This document shows, in pieces, positions 36,613-51,600 of a DNA stretch of 64,000 bases. A model generated the notes under the pieces. It was given only the letters and a program-made list of their open reading frames with translations, had not been told where the DNA came from and ran no database searches. A program made the position numbers and the translations under genes. Each line of letters begins with the position of its first letter. The first letter of the stretch is position 1. Source of the DNA: Auanema rhodensis (lineage: Eukaryota; Animalia; Nematoda); assembly GCA_964057225.1 (NCBI GenBank), contig OZ059894.1, positions 19,778,001-19,842,000 of the forward strand. Reading direction: 5' to 3'.

Positions 36613-39600
36613 CATGTACACTCAACATTGCTTCCAAAAACATTTTGACAAAAATTTTTTCGAAAAATTTCAGAATAATTTAGCAAAAAGTAGATGTTTT
36701 TAGATTCCATTTTTCAAGGCAAAGACGATGGACAATGTTATTCAACGAAAAAATTAATTCTTCAGGGTGAAAATCGAGGATATAAGTGTGAACTTATATC
36801 AGTTGATATCTCGGTGCATTTTTAAGCTAGCGCAAATCTGATAACACAGAACGACGCAGCTTAAAAATCCGCATCGAATGCACTATACTACATTGAGAAA
36901 CGCTTAATACAAAAATTAGTTATGATCGTTTGAAAAATGATGCATTAGTGTATGTTGAGTTTCCATGTACACTCAACATTGCTTCCAAAAACATTTTGAC
37001 AAAAATTTTTTCGAAAAATTTCAGAATAATTTAGCAAAAAGTAGATGTTTTTAGATTCCATTTTTCAAGGCAAAGACGATGGACAATGTTATTCAACGAA
37101 AAAATTAATTCTTCAGGGTGAAAATCGAGGATATAAGTGTGAACTTATATCAGTTGATATCTCGGTGCATTTTCAAGCTAGCGCAAATCTGATAACACAG
37201 ATCGACGCAGCTTAAAAATCCGCATCGAATGCACTATACTACATTGAGAAACGCTTAATACAAAAATTAGTTATGATCGTTTGAAAAATGATGCGTTAGT
37301 GTATGTTGAGTTTCCATGTACACTCAACATTGCTTCCAAAAACATTTTGACAAAAATTTTTTCGAAAAATTTCAGAATAATTTAGCAAAAAGTAGATGTT
37401 TTTAGATTCCATTTTTCAAGGCAAAGACGATGAACAATGTTATTCAACGAAAAAATTAATTCTTCAGGGTGAAAATCGAGGATATAAGTGTGAACTTATA
37501 TCAGTTGAGATCTCGGTGCATTTTTAAGCTAGCGCAAATCTGATAACACAGAACGACGCAGCTTAAAAATCCGCATCGAATGCACTATACTACATTGAGA
37601 AACGCTTAATACAAAAATTAGTTATGATCGTTTGAAAAATGATGCATTAGTGTATGTTGAGTTTCCATGTACACTCAACATTGCTTCCAAAAACATTTTG
37701 ACAAAAATTTTTTCGAAAAATTTCAGAATAATTTAGCAAAAAGTAGATGTTTTTAGATTCCATTTTTCAAGGCAAAGACGATGGACAATGTTATTCAACG
37801 AAAAAATTAATTCTTCAGGGTGAAAATCGAGGATATAAGTGTGAACTTATATCAGTTGATATCTCGGTGCATTTTTAAGCTAGCGCAAATCTGATAACAC
37901 AGATCGACGCAGCTTATAAATCCGCATCGAATGCACTATACTACATTGAGAAACGCTTAATACAAAAATTAGTTATGATCGTTTGAAAAATGATGCATTA
38001 GTGTATGTTGAGTTTCCATGTACACTCAACATTGCTTCCAAAAACATTTTGACAAAAATTTTTTCGAAAAATTTCAAAATAATTTAGCAAAAAGTAGATG
38101 TTTTTAGATTCCTTTTTTCAAGGCAAAGACGATGGACAATGTTATTCAACGAAAAAATTAATTCTTCAGGGTGAAAATCGAGGATATAAGTGTGAACTTA
38201 TATCAGTTGAGATCTCGGTGCATTTTTAAGCTAGCGCAAATCTGATAACACAGAACGACGCAGCTTAAAAATTCGCATCGAATGCACTATACTACATTGA
38301 GAAACGCTTAATACAAAAATTAGTTATGATCGTTTGAAAAATGATGCATTAGTGTATGTTGAGTTTCCATGTACACTCAACATTGCTTCCAAAAACATTT
38401 TGAAAAAAATTTTTTCGAAAAATTTCGGAATAATTTAGCAAAGAGTAGATGTTTTTAGATTCCATTTTTCAAGGCAAAGACGATGGACAATGTTATTCAA
38501 CGAAAAAATTAATTCTTCAGGGTGAAAATCGAGGATATAAGTGTGAACTTATATCAGTTGATATCTCGGTGCATTTTTAAGCTAGCGCAAATCTGATAAC
38601 ACAGATCGACGCAGCTTAAAAATCCGCATCGAATGCACTATACTACATTGAGAAACGCTTAATACAAAAATTAGTTATGATCGTTTGAAAAATGATGCAT
38701 TAGTGTATGTTGAGTTTCCATGTACACTCAACATTGCTTCCAAAAACATTTTGACAAAAATTTTTTCGAAAAATTTCGAAATAATTTAGCAAAAAGTAGA
38801 TGTTTTTAGATTCCATTTTTCAAGGCAAAGACGATGGACAATGTTATTCAACGAAAAAATTAATTCTTCAGGGTGAAAATCGAGGATATAAGTGTGAACT
38901 TATATCAGTTGATATCTCGGTGCATTTTTAAGCTAGCGCAAATCTGATAACACAGAACGACGCAGCTTAAAAATCCGCATCGAATGCACTATACTACATT
39001 GAGAAACGCTTAATACAAAAATTAGTTATGATCGTTTGAAAAATGATGCATTAGTGTATGTTGAGTTTCCATGTACACTCAACATTGCTTCCAAAAACAT
39101 TTTGACAAAAATTTTTTCGAAAAATTTCAGAATAATTTAGCAAAAAGTAGATGTTTTTAGATTCCATTTTTCAAGGCAAAGACGATGGACAATGTTATTC
39201 AACGAAAAAATTAATTCTTCAGGGTGAAAATCGAGGATATAAGTGTGAACTTATATCAGTTGATATCTCGGTGCATTTTCAAGCTAGCGCAAATCTGATA
39301 ACACAGATCGACGCAGCTTAAAAATTCGCATCGAATGCACTATACTACATTGAGAAACGCTTAATACAAAAATTAGTTATGATCGTTTGAAAAATGATGC
39401 GTTAGTGTATGTTGAGTTTCCATGTACACTCAACATTGCTTCCAAAAACATTTTGACAAAAATTTTTTCGAAAAATTTCGAAATAATTTAGCAAAAAGTA
39501 GATGTTTTTAGATTCCATTTTTCAAGGCAAAGACGATGGACAATGTTATTCAACGAAAAAATTAATTCTTCAGGGTGAAAATCGAGGATATAAGTGTGAA

Positions 39601-42600
39601 CTTATATCAGTTGATATCTCGGTGCATTTTCAAGCTAGCGCAAATCTGATAACACAGATCGACGCAGCTTAAAAATTCGCATCGAATGCACTATACTACA
39701 TTGAGAAACGCTTAATACAAAAATTAGTTATGATCGTTTGAAAAATGATGCGTTAGTGTATGTTGAGTTTCCATGTACACTCAACATTGCTTCCAAAAAC
39801 ATTTTGACAAAAATTTTTTCGAAAAATTTCGAAATAATTTAGCAAAAAGTAGATGTTTTTAGATTCCATTTTTCAAGGCAAAGACGATGGACAATGTTAT
39901 TCAACGAAAAAATTAATTCTTCAGGGTGAAAATCGAGGATATAAGTGTGAACTTATATCAGTTGATATCTCGGTGCATTTTTAAGCTAGCGCAAATCTGA
40001 TAACACAGATCGACGCAGCTTAAAAATCCGCATCGAATGCACTATACTACATTGAGAAACGCTTAATACAAAAATTAGTTATGATCGTTTGAAAAATGAT
40101 GCATTAGTGTATGTTGAGTTTCCATGTACACTCAACATTGCTTCCAAAAACATTTTGACAAAAATTTTTTCGAAAAATTTCAAAATAATTTAGCAAAAAG
40201 TAGATGTTTTTAGATTCCTTTTATCAAGGCAAAGACGATGGACAATGTTATTCAACGAAAAAATTAATTCTTCAGGGTGAAAATCGAGGATATAAGTGTG
40301 AACTTATATCAGTTGATATCTCGGTGCATTTTTAAGCTAGCGCAAATCTGATAACACAGAACGACGCAGCTTGAAAATCCGCATCGAATGCACTATACTA
40401 CATTGAGAAACGCTTAATACAAAAATTAGTTATGATCGTTTGAAAAATGATGCATTAGTGTATGTTGAGTTTCCATGTACACTCAACATTGCTTCCAAAA
40501 ACATTTTGACAAAACTTTTTTCGAAAAATTTCAGAATAATTTAGCAAAAAGTAGATGTTTTTAGATTCCATTTTTCAAGGCAAAGACGATGGACAATGTT
40601 ATTCAACGAAAAAATTAATTCTTCAGGGTGAAAATCGAGGATATAAGTGTGAACTTATATCAGTTGATATCTCGGTGCATTTTTAAGCTAGCGCAAATCT
40701 GATAACACAGATCGACGCAGCTTAAAAATCCGCATCGAATGCACTATACTACATTGAGAAACGCTTAATACAAAAATTAGTTATGATCGTTTGAAATATG
40801 ATGCATTAGTGTATGTTGAGTTTCCATGTACACTCAACATTGCTTCCAAAAACATTTTGACAAAAATTTTTTCGAAAAATTTCGAAATAATTTAGCAAAA
40901 AGTAGATGTTTTTAGATTCCATTTTTCAAGGCAAAGACGATGGACAATGTTATTCAACGAAAAAATTAATTCTTCAGGGTGAAAATCGAGGATATAAGTG
41001 TGAACTTATATCAGTTGATATCTCGGTGCATTTTTAAGCTAGCGCAAATCTGATAACACAGAACGACGCAGCTTAAAAATCCGCATCGAATGCACTATAC
41101 TACATTGAGAAACGCTTAATACAAAAATTAGTTATGATCGTTTGAAAAATGATGCATTAGTGTATGTTGAGTTTCCATGTACACTCAACATTGCTTCCAA
41201 AAACATTTTGACAAAACTTTTTTCGAAAAATTTCAGAATAATTTAGCAAAAAGTAGATGTTTTTAGATTCCATTTTTCAAGGCAAAGACGATGGACAATG
41301 TTATTCAACGAAAAAATTAATTCTTCAAGGTGAAAATCGAGGATATAAGTGTGAACTTATATCAGTTGAGATCTCGGTGCATTTTTAAGCTAGCGCAAAT
41401 CTGATAACACAGAACGACGCAGCTTAAAAATCCGCATCGAATGCACTATACTACATGGAGAAACGCTTAATACAAAAATTAGTTATGATCGTTTGAAAAA
41501 TGATGCATTAGTGTATGTTGAGTTTCCATGTACACTCAACATTGCTTCCAAAAACATTTTGACAAAAATTTTTTCGAAAAATTTCGAAATAATTTAGCAA
41601 AAAGTAGATGTTTTTAGATTCCATTTTTCAAGGCAAAGACGATGGACAATGTTATTCAACGAAAAAATTAATTCTTCAGGGTGAAAATCGAGGATATAAG
41701 TGTGAACTTATATCAGTTGATATCTCGGTGCATTTTTAAGCTAGCGCAAATCTGATAACACAGAACGACGCAGCTTAAAAATCCGCATCGAATGCACTAT
41801 ACTACATTGAGAAACGCTTAATACAAAAATTAGTTATGATCGTTTGAAAAATGATGCATTAGTGTATGTTGAGTTTCCATGTACACTCAACATTGCTTCC
41901 AAAAACATTTTGACAAAAATTTTTTCGAAAAATTTCAGAATAATTTAGCAAAAAGTAGATGTTTTTAGATTTCATTTTTCGAGGCAAAGACGATGGACAA
42001 TGTTATTCAACGAAAAAATTAATTCTTCAAGGTGAAAATCGAGGATATAAGTGTGAACTTATATCAGTTGAGATCTCGGTGCATTTTTAAGCTAGCGCAA
42101 ATCTGATAACACAGAACGACGCAGCTTAAAAATCCGCATCGAATGCACTATACTACATTGAGAAACGCTTAATACAAAAATTAGTTATGATCGTTTGAAA
42201 AATGATGCATTAGTGTATGTTGAGTTTCCATGTACACTCAACATTGCTTCCAAAAACATTTTGACAAAAATTTTTTCGAAAAATTTCAGAATAATTTAGC
42301 AAAAAGTAGATGTTTTTAGATTCCATTTTTCAAGGCAAAGACGATGGACAATGTTATTCAACGAAAAAATTAATTCTTCAGGGTGAAAATCGAGGATATA
42401 AGTGTGAACTTATATCAGTTGAGATCTCGGTGCATTTTTAAGCTAGCGCAAATCTGATAACACAGAACGACGCAGCTTAAAAATCCGCATCGAATGCACT
42501 ATACTACATTGAGAAACGCTTAATACAAAAATTAGTTATGATCGTTTGAAAAATGATGCATTAGTGTATGTTGAGTTTCCATGTACACTCAACATTGCTT

Positions 42601-45600
42601 CCAAAAACATTTTGACAAAAATTTTTTCGAAAAATTTCAGAATAATTTAGCAAAAAGTAGATGTTTTTAGATTCCTTTTTTCAAGGCAAAGACGATGGAC
42701 AATGTTATTCAACGAAAAAATTAATTCTTCAGGGTGAAAATCGAGGATATAAGTGTGAACTTATATCAGTTGATATCTCGGTGCATTTTTAAGCTAGCGC
42801 AAATCTGATAACACAGATCGACGCAGCTTAAAAATCCGCATCGAATGCACTATACTACATTGAGAAACGCTTAATACAAAAATTAGTTATGATCGTTTGA
42901 AAAATGATGCGTTAGTGTATGTTGAGTTTCCATGTACACTCAACATTGCTTCCAAAAACATTTTGACAAAAATTTTTTCGAAAAATTTCAAAATAATTTA
43001 GCAAAAAGTAGATGTTTTTAGATTCCATTTTTTAAAGCAAAGACGATGGACAATGTTATTCAACGAAAAAATTAATTCTTCAGGGTGAAAATCGAGGATA
43101 TAAGTGTGAACTTATATCAGTTGATATCTCGGTGCATTTTTAAGCTAGCGCAAATCTGATAACACAGAACGACGCAGCTTAAAAATCCGCATCGAATGCA
43201 CTATACTACATTGAGAAACGCTTAATACAAAAATTAGTTATGATCGTTTGAAAAATGATGCGTTAGTGTATGTTGAGTTTCCATGTACACTCAACATTGC
43301 TTCCAAAAACATTTTGACAAAAATTTTTTCGAAAAATTTCAAAATAATTTAGCAAAAAGTAGATGTTTTTAGATTCCATTTTTTAAAGCAAAGACGATGG
43401 ACAATGTTATTCAACGAAAAAATTAATTCTTCAGGGTGAAAATCGAGGATATAAGTGTGAACTTATATCAGTTGATATCTCGGTGCATTTTTAAGCTAGC
43501 GCAAATCTGATAACACAGAACGACGCAGCTTAAAAATCCGCATCGAATGCACTATACTACATTGAGAAACGCTTAATACAAAAATTAGTTATGATCGTTT
43601 GAAAAATGATGCATTAGTGTATGTTGAGTTTCCATGTACACTCAACATTGCTTCCAAAAACATTTTGACAAAAATTTTTTCGAAAAATTTCAGAATAATT
43701 TAGCAAAAAGTAGATGTTTTTAGATTCCATTTTTCAAGGCAAAGACGATGGACAATGTTATTCAACGAAAAAATTAATTCTTCAGGGTGAAAATCGAGGA
43801 TATAAGTGTGAACTTATATCAGTTGAGATCTCGGTGCATTTTTAAGCTAGCGCAAATCTGATAACACAGAACGACGCAGCTTAAAAATCCGCATCGAATG
43901 CACTATACTACATTGAGAAACGCTTAATACAAAAATTAGTTATGATCGTTTGAAAAATGATGCATTAGTGTATGTTGAGTTTCCATGTACACTCAACATT
44001 GCTTCCAAAAACATTTTGACAAAAATTTTTTCGAAAAATTTCAGAATAATTTAGCAAAAAGTAGATGTTTTTAGATTCCTTTTTTCAAGGCAAAGACGAT
44101 GGACAATGTTATTCAACGAAAAAATTAATTCTTCAGGGTGAAAATCGAGGATATAAGTGTGAACTTATATCAGTTGATATCTCGGTGCATTTTCAAGCTA
44201 GCGCAAATCTGATAACACAGATCGACGCAGCTTAAAAATCCGCATCGAATGCACTATACTACATTGAGAAACGCTTAATACAAAAATTAGTTATGATCGT
44301 TTGAAAAATGATGCGTTAGTGTATGTTGAGTTTCCATGTACACTCAACATTGCTTCCAAAAACATTTTGACAAAAATTTTTTCGAAAAATTTCAAAATAA
44401 TTTAGCAAAAAGTAGATGTTTTTAAATTCCATTTTTTAAAGCAAAGACGATGGACAATGTTATTCAACGAAAAAATTAATTCTTCAGGGTGAAAATCGAG
44501 GATATAAGTGTGAACTTATATCAGTTGATATCTCGGTGCATTTTTAAGCTAGCGCAAATCTGATAACACAGAACGACGCAGCTTAAAAATCCGCATCGAA
44601 TGCACTATACTACATTGAGAAACGCTTAATACAAAAATTAGTTATGATCGTTTGAAAAATGATGCATTAGTGTATGTTGAGTTTCCATGTACACTCAACA
44701 TTGCTTCCAAAAACATTTTGACAAAAATTTTTTCGAAAAATTTCAAAATAATTTAGCAAAAAGTAGATGTTTTTAGATTCCTTTTTTCAAGGCAAAGACG
44801 ATGGACAATGTTATTCAACGAAAAAATTAATTCTTCAGGGTGAAAATCGAGGATATAAGTGTGAACTTATATCAGTTGATATCTCGGTGCATTTTTAAGC
44901 TAGCGCAAATCTGATAACACAGAACGACGCAGCTTAAAAATCCGCATCGAATGCACTATACTACATTGAGAAACGCTTAATACAAAAATTAGTTATGATC
45001 GTTTGAAAAATGATGCATTAGTGTATGTTGAGTTTCCATGTACACTCAACATTGCTTCCAAAAACATTTTGACAAAAATTTTTTCGAAAAATTTCAGAAT
45101 AATTTAGCAAAAAGTAGATGTTTTTAGATTCCATTTTTCAAGGCAAAGACGATGGACAATGTTATTCAACGAAAAAATTAATTCTTCAGGGTGAAAATCG
45201 AGGATATAAGTGTGAACTTATATCAGTTGATATCTCGGTGCATTTTTAAGCTAGCGCAAATCTGATAACACAGATCGACGCAGCTTAAAAATCCGCATCG
45301 AATGCACTATACTACATTGAGAAACGCTTAATACAAAAATTAGTTATGATCGTTTGAAAAATGATGCATTAGTGTATGTTGAGTTTCCATGTACACTCAA
45401 CATTGCTTCCAAAAACATTTTGACAAAAATTTTTTCGAAAAATTTCGAAATAATTTAGCAAAAAGTAGATGTTTTTAGATTCCATTTTTCAAGGCAAAGA
45501 CGATGGACAATGTTATTCAACGAAAAAATTAATTCTTCAGGGTGAAAATCGAGGATATAAGTGTGAACTTATATCAGTTGATATCTCGGTGCATTTTTAA

Positions 45601-48600
45601 GCTAGCGCAAATCTGATAACACAGAACGACGCAGCTTAAAAATCCGCATCGAATGCACTATACTACATTGAGAAACGCTTAATACAAAAATTAGTTATGA
45701 TCGTTTGAAAAATGATGCATTAGTGTATGTTGAGTTTCCATGTACACTCAACATTGCTTCCAAAAACATTTTGACAAAAATTTTTTCGAAAAATTTCAGA
45801 ATAATTTAGCAAAAAGTAGATGTTTTTAGATTCCATTTTTCAAGGCAAAGACGATGGACAATGTTATTCAACGAAAAAATTAATTCTTCAGGGTGAAAAT
45901 CGAGGATATAAGTGTGAACTTATATCAGTTGAGATCTCGGTGCATTTTTAAGCTAGCGCAAATCTGATAACACAGAACGACGCAGCTTAAAAATTCGCAT
46001 CGAATGCACTATACTACATTGAGAAACGCTTAATACAAAAATTAGTTATGATCGTTTGAAAAATGATGCATTAGTGTATGTTGAGTTTCCATGTACACTC
46101 AACATTGCTTCCAAAAACATTTTGACAAAAATTTTTTCGAAAAATTTCAGAATAATTTAGCAAAAAGTAGATGTTTTTAGATTCCATTTTTCAAGGCAAA
46201 GACGATGGACAATGTTATTCAACGAAAAAATTAATTCTTCAGGGTGAAAATCGAGGATATAAGTGTGAACTTATATCAGTTGAGATCTCGGTGCATTTTT
46301 AAGCTAGCGCAAATCTGATAACACAGAACGACGCAGCTTAAAAATCCGCATCGAATGCACTATACTACATTGAGAAACGCTTAATACAAAAATTAGTTAT
46401 GATCGTTTGAAAAATGATGCATTAGTGTATGTTGAGTTTCCATGTACACTCAACATTGCTTCCAAAAACATTTTGACAAAAATTTTTTCGAAAAATTTCA
46501 GAATAATTTAGCAAAAAGTAGATGTTTTTAGATTCCATTTTTCAAGGCAAAGACGATGGACAATGTTATTCAACGAAAAAATTAATTCTTCAGGGTGAAA
46601 ATCGAGGATATAAGTGTGAACTTATATCAGTTGAGATCTCGGTGCATTTTTAAGCTAGCGCAAATCTGATAACACAGAACGACGCAGCTTAAAAATCCGC
46701 ATCGAATGCACTATACTACATTGAGAAACGCTTAATACAAAAATTAGTTATGATCGTTTGAAAAATGATGCATTAGTGTATGTTGAGTTTCCATGTACAC
46801 TCAACATTGCTTCCAAAAACATTTTGACAAAAATTTTTTCGAAAAATTTCAGAATAATTTAGCAAAAAGTAGATGTTTTTAGATTCCTTTTTTCAAGGCA
46901 AAGACGATGGACAATGTTATTCAACGAAAAAATTAATTCTTCAGGGTGAAAATCGAGGATATAAGTGTGAACTTATATCAGTTGATATCTCGGTGCATTT
47001 TTAAGCTAGCGCAAATCTGATAACACAGATCGACGCAGCTTAAAAATCCGCATCGAATGCACTATACTACATTGAGAAACGCTTAATACAAAAATTAGTT
47101 ATGATCGTTTGAAAAATGATGCGTTAGTGTATGTTGAGTTTCCATGTACACTCAACATTGCTTCCAAAAACATTTTGACAAAAATTTTTTCGAAAAATTT
47201 CAAAATAATTTAGCAAAAAGTAGATGTTTTTAGATTCCATTTTTTAAAGCAAAGACGATGGACAATGTTATTCAACGAAAAAATTAATTCTTCAGGGTGA
47301 AAATCGAGGATATAAGTGTGAACTTATATCAGTTGATATCTCGGTGCATTTTTAAGCTAGCGCAAATCTGATAACACAGAACGACGCAGCTTAAAAATCC
47401 GCATCGAATGCACTATACTACATTGAGAAACGCTTAATACAAAAATTAGTTATGATCGTTTGAAAAATGATGCATTAGTGTATGTTGAGTTTCCATGTAC
47501 ACTCAACATTGCTTCCAAAAACATTTTGACAAAAATTTTTTCGAAAAATTTCAAAATAATTTAGCAAAAAGTAGATGTTTTTAGATTCCTTTTTTCAAGG
47601 CAAAGACGATGGACAATGTTATTCAACGAAAAAATTAATTCTTCAGGGTGAAAATCGAGGATATAAGTGTGAACTTATATCAGTTGATATCTCGGTGCAT
47701 TTTTAAGCTAGCGCAAATCTGATAACACAGATCGACGCAGCTTAAAAATCCGCATCGAATGCACTATACTACATTGAGAAACGCTTAATACAAAAATTAG
47801 TTATGATCGTTTGAAAAATGATGCATTAGTGTATGTTGAGTTTCCATGTACACTCAACATTGCTTCCAAAAACATTTTGACAAAAATTTTTTCGAAAAAT
47901 TTCGAAATAATTTAGCAAAAAGTAGATGTTTTTAGATTCCATTTTTCAAGGCAAAGACGATGGACAATGTTATTCAACGAAAAAATTAATTCTTCAGGGT
48001 GAAAATCGAGGATATAAGTGTGAACTTATATCAGTTGATATCTCGGTGCATTTTTAAGCTAGCGCAAATCTGATAACACAGAACGACGCAGCTTAAAAAT
48101 CCGCATCGAATGCACTATACTACATTGAGAAACGCTTAATACAAAAATTAGTTATGATCGTTTGAAAAATGATGCATTAGTGTATGTTGAGTTTCCATGT
48201 ACACTCAACATTGCTTCCAAAAACATTTTGACAAAAAATTTTTCGAAAAATTTCAAAATAATTTAGCAAAAAGTAGATGTTTTTAGATTCCTTTTTTCAA
48301 GGCAAAGACGATGGACAATGTTATTCAACGAAAAAATTAATTCTTCAGGGTGAAAATCGAGGATATAAGTGTGAACTTATATCAGTTGATATCTCGGTGC
48401 ATTTTTAAGCTAGCGCAAATCTGATAACACAGAACGACGCAGCTTAAAAATTCGCATCGAATGCACTATACTACATTGAAAAACGCTTAATACAAAAATT
48501 AGTTATGATCGTTTGAAAAATGATGCATTAGTGTATGTTGAGTTTCCATGTACACTCAACATTCCTTCCAAAAACATTTTGACAAAAATTTTTTCGAAAA

Positions 48601-51600
48601 ATTTCGAAATAATTTAGCAAAAAGTAGATGTTTTTAGATTCCTTTTTTCAAGGCAAAGACGATGGACAATGTTATTCAACGAAAAAATTAATTCTTCAGG
48701 GTGAAAATCGAGGATATAAGTGTGAACTTATATCAGTTGATATCTCGGTGCATTTTTAAGCTAGCGCAAATCTGATAACACAGAACGACGCAGCTTAAAA
48801 ATTCGCATCGAATGCACTATACTACATTGAAAAACGCTTAATACAAAAATTAGTTATGATCGTTTGAAAAATGATGCATTAGTGTATGTTGAGTTTCCAT
48901 GTACACTCAACATTGCTTCCAAAAACATTTTGACAAAAATATTTTCGAAAAATTTCAGAATAATTTAGCAAAAAGTAGATGTTTTTAGATTCCATTTTTC
49001 AAGGCAAAGACGATGGACAATGTTATTCAACGAAAAAATTAATTCTTCAGGGTGAAAATCGAGGATATAAGTGTGAACTTATATCAGTTGATATCTCGGT
49101 GCATTTTTAAGCTAGCGCAAATCTGATAACACAGAACGACGCAGCTTAACAATCCGCATCGAATGCACTATACTACATTGAGAAACGCTTAATACAAAAA
49201 TTAGTTATGATCGTTTGAAAAATGATGCATTAGTGTATGTTGAGTTTCCATGTACACTCAACATTGCTTCCAAAAACATTTTGACAAAAATTTTTTCGAA
49301 AAATTTCAAAATAATTTAGCAAAAAGTAGATGTTTTTAGATTCCTTTTTTCAAGGCAAAGACGATGGACAATGTTATTCAACGAAAAAATTAATTCTTCA
49401 GGGTGAAAATCGAGGATATAAGTGTGAACTTATATCAGTTGATATCTCGGTGCATTTTTAAGCTAGCGCAAATCTGATAACACAGAACGACGCAGCTTAA
49501 AAATTTGCATCGAATGCACTATACTACATTGAAAAACGCTTAATACAAAAATTAGTTATGATCGTTTGAAAAATGATGCATTAGTGTATGTTGAGTTTCC
49601 ATGTACACTCAACATTGCTTCCAAAAACATTTTGACAAAAATTTTTTCGAAAAATTTCGAAATAATTTAGCAAAAAGTAGATGTTTTTAGATTCCATTTT
49701 TCAAGGCAAAGACGATGGACAATGTTATTCAACGAAAAAATTAATTCTTCAGGGTGAAAATCGAGGATATAAGTGTGAACTTATATCAGTTGATATCTCG
49801 GTGCATTTTTAAGCTAGCGCAAATCTGATAACACAGAACGACGCAGCTTAAAAATCCGCATCGAATGCACTATACTACATTGAGAAACGCTTAATACAAA
49901 AATTAGTTATGATCGTTTGAAAAATGATGCATTAGTGTATGTTGAGTTTCCATGTACACTCAACATTGCTTCCAAAAACATTTTGACAAAAATTTTTTCG
50001 AAAAATTTCAGAATAATTTAGCAAAAAGTAGATGTTTTTAGATTCCATTTTTCAAGGCAAAGACGATGGACAATGTTATTCAACGAAAAAATTAATTCTT
50101 CAGGGTGAAAATCGAGGATATAAGTGTGAACTTATATCAGTTGAGATCTCGGTGCATTTTTAAGCTAGCGCAAATCTGATAACACAGAACGACGCAGCTT
50201 AAAAATTCGCATCGAATGCACTATACTACATTGAGAAACGCTTAATACAAAAATTAGTTATGATCGTTTGAAAAATGATGCATTAGTGTATGTTGAGTTT
50301 CCATGTACACTCAACATTGCTTCCAAAAACATTTTGACAAAAATTTTTTCGAAAAATTTCAGAATAATTTAGCAAAAAGTAGATGTTTTTAGATTCCATT
50401 TTTCAAGGCAAAGACGATGGACAATGTTATTCAACGAAAAAATTAATTCTTCAGGGTGAAAATCGAGGATATAAGTGTGAACTTATATCAGTTGAGATCT
50501 CGGTGCATTTTTAAGCTAGCGCAAATCTGATAACACAGAACGACGCAGCTTAAAAATCCGCATCGAATGCACTATACTACATTGAGAAACGCTTAATACA
50601 AAAATTAGTTATGATCGTTTGAAAAATGATGCATTAGTGTATGTTGAGTTTCCATGTACACTCAACATTGCTTCCAAAAACATTTTGACAAAAATTTTTT
50701 CGAAAAATTTCAGAATAATTTAGCAAAAAGTAGATGTTTTTAGATTCCATTTTTCAAGGCAAAGACGATGGACAATGTTATTCAACGAAAAAATTAATTC
50801 TTCAGGGTGAAAATCGAGGATATAAGTGTGAACTTATATCAGTTGAGATCTCGGTGCATTTTTAAGCTAGCGCAAATCTGATAACACAGAACGACGCAGC
50901 TTAAAAATCCGCATCGAATGCACTATACTACATTGAGAAACGCTTAATACAAAAATTAGTTATGATCGTTTGAAAAATGATGCATTAGTGTATGTTGAGT
51001 TTCCATGTACACTCAACATTGCTTCCAAAAACATTTTGACAAAAATTTTTTCGAAAAATTTCAGAATAATTTAGCAAAAAGTAGATGTTTTTAGATTCCT
51101 TTTTTCAAGGCAAAGACGATGGACAATGTTATTCAACGAAAAAATTAATTCTTCAGGGTGAAAATCGAGGATATAAGTGTGAACTTATATCAGTTGATAT
51201 CTCGGTGCATTTTTAAGCTAGCGCAAATCTGATAACACAGATCGACGCAGCTTAAAAATCCGCATCGAATGCACTATACTACATTGAGAAACGCTTAATA
51301 CAAAAATTAGTTATGATCGTTTGAAAAATGATGCGTTAGTGTATGTTGAGTTTCCATGTACACTCAACATTGCTTCCAAAAACATTTTGACAAAAATTTT
51401 TTCGAAAAATTTCAAAATAATTTAGCAAAAAGTAGATGTTTTTAGATTCCATTTTTTAAAGCAAAGACGATGGACAATGTTATTCAACGAAAAAATTAAT
51501 TCTTCAGGGTGAAAATCGAGGATATAAGTGTGAACTTATATCAGTTGATATCTCGGTGCATTTTTAAGCTAGCGCAAATCTGATAACACAGAACGACGCA

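Noticed and set aside
36611-36614. TCCA as a canonical CA end of the 3' LTR
   Set aside because: The CA matches the satellite consensus (TTTCCATG) and is absent from the 5' LTR (TTTTCGG). Accepting it would still give no TSD.
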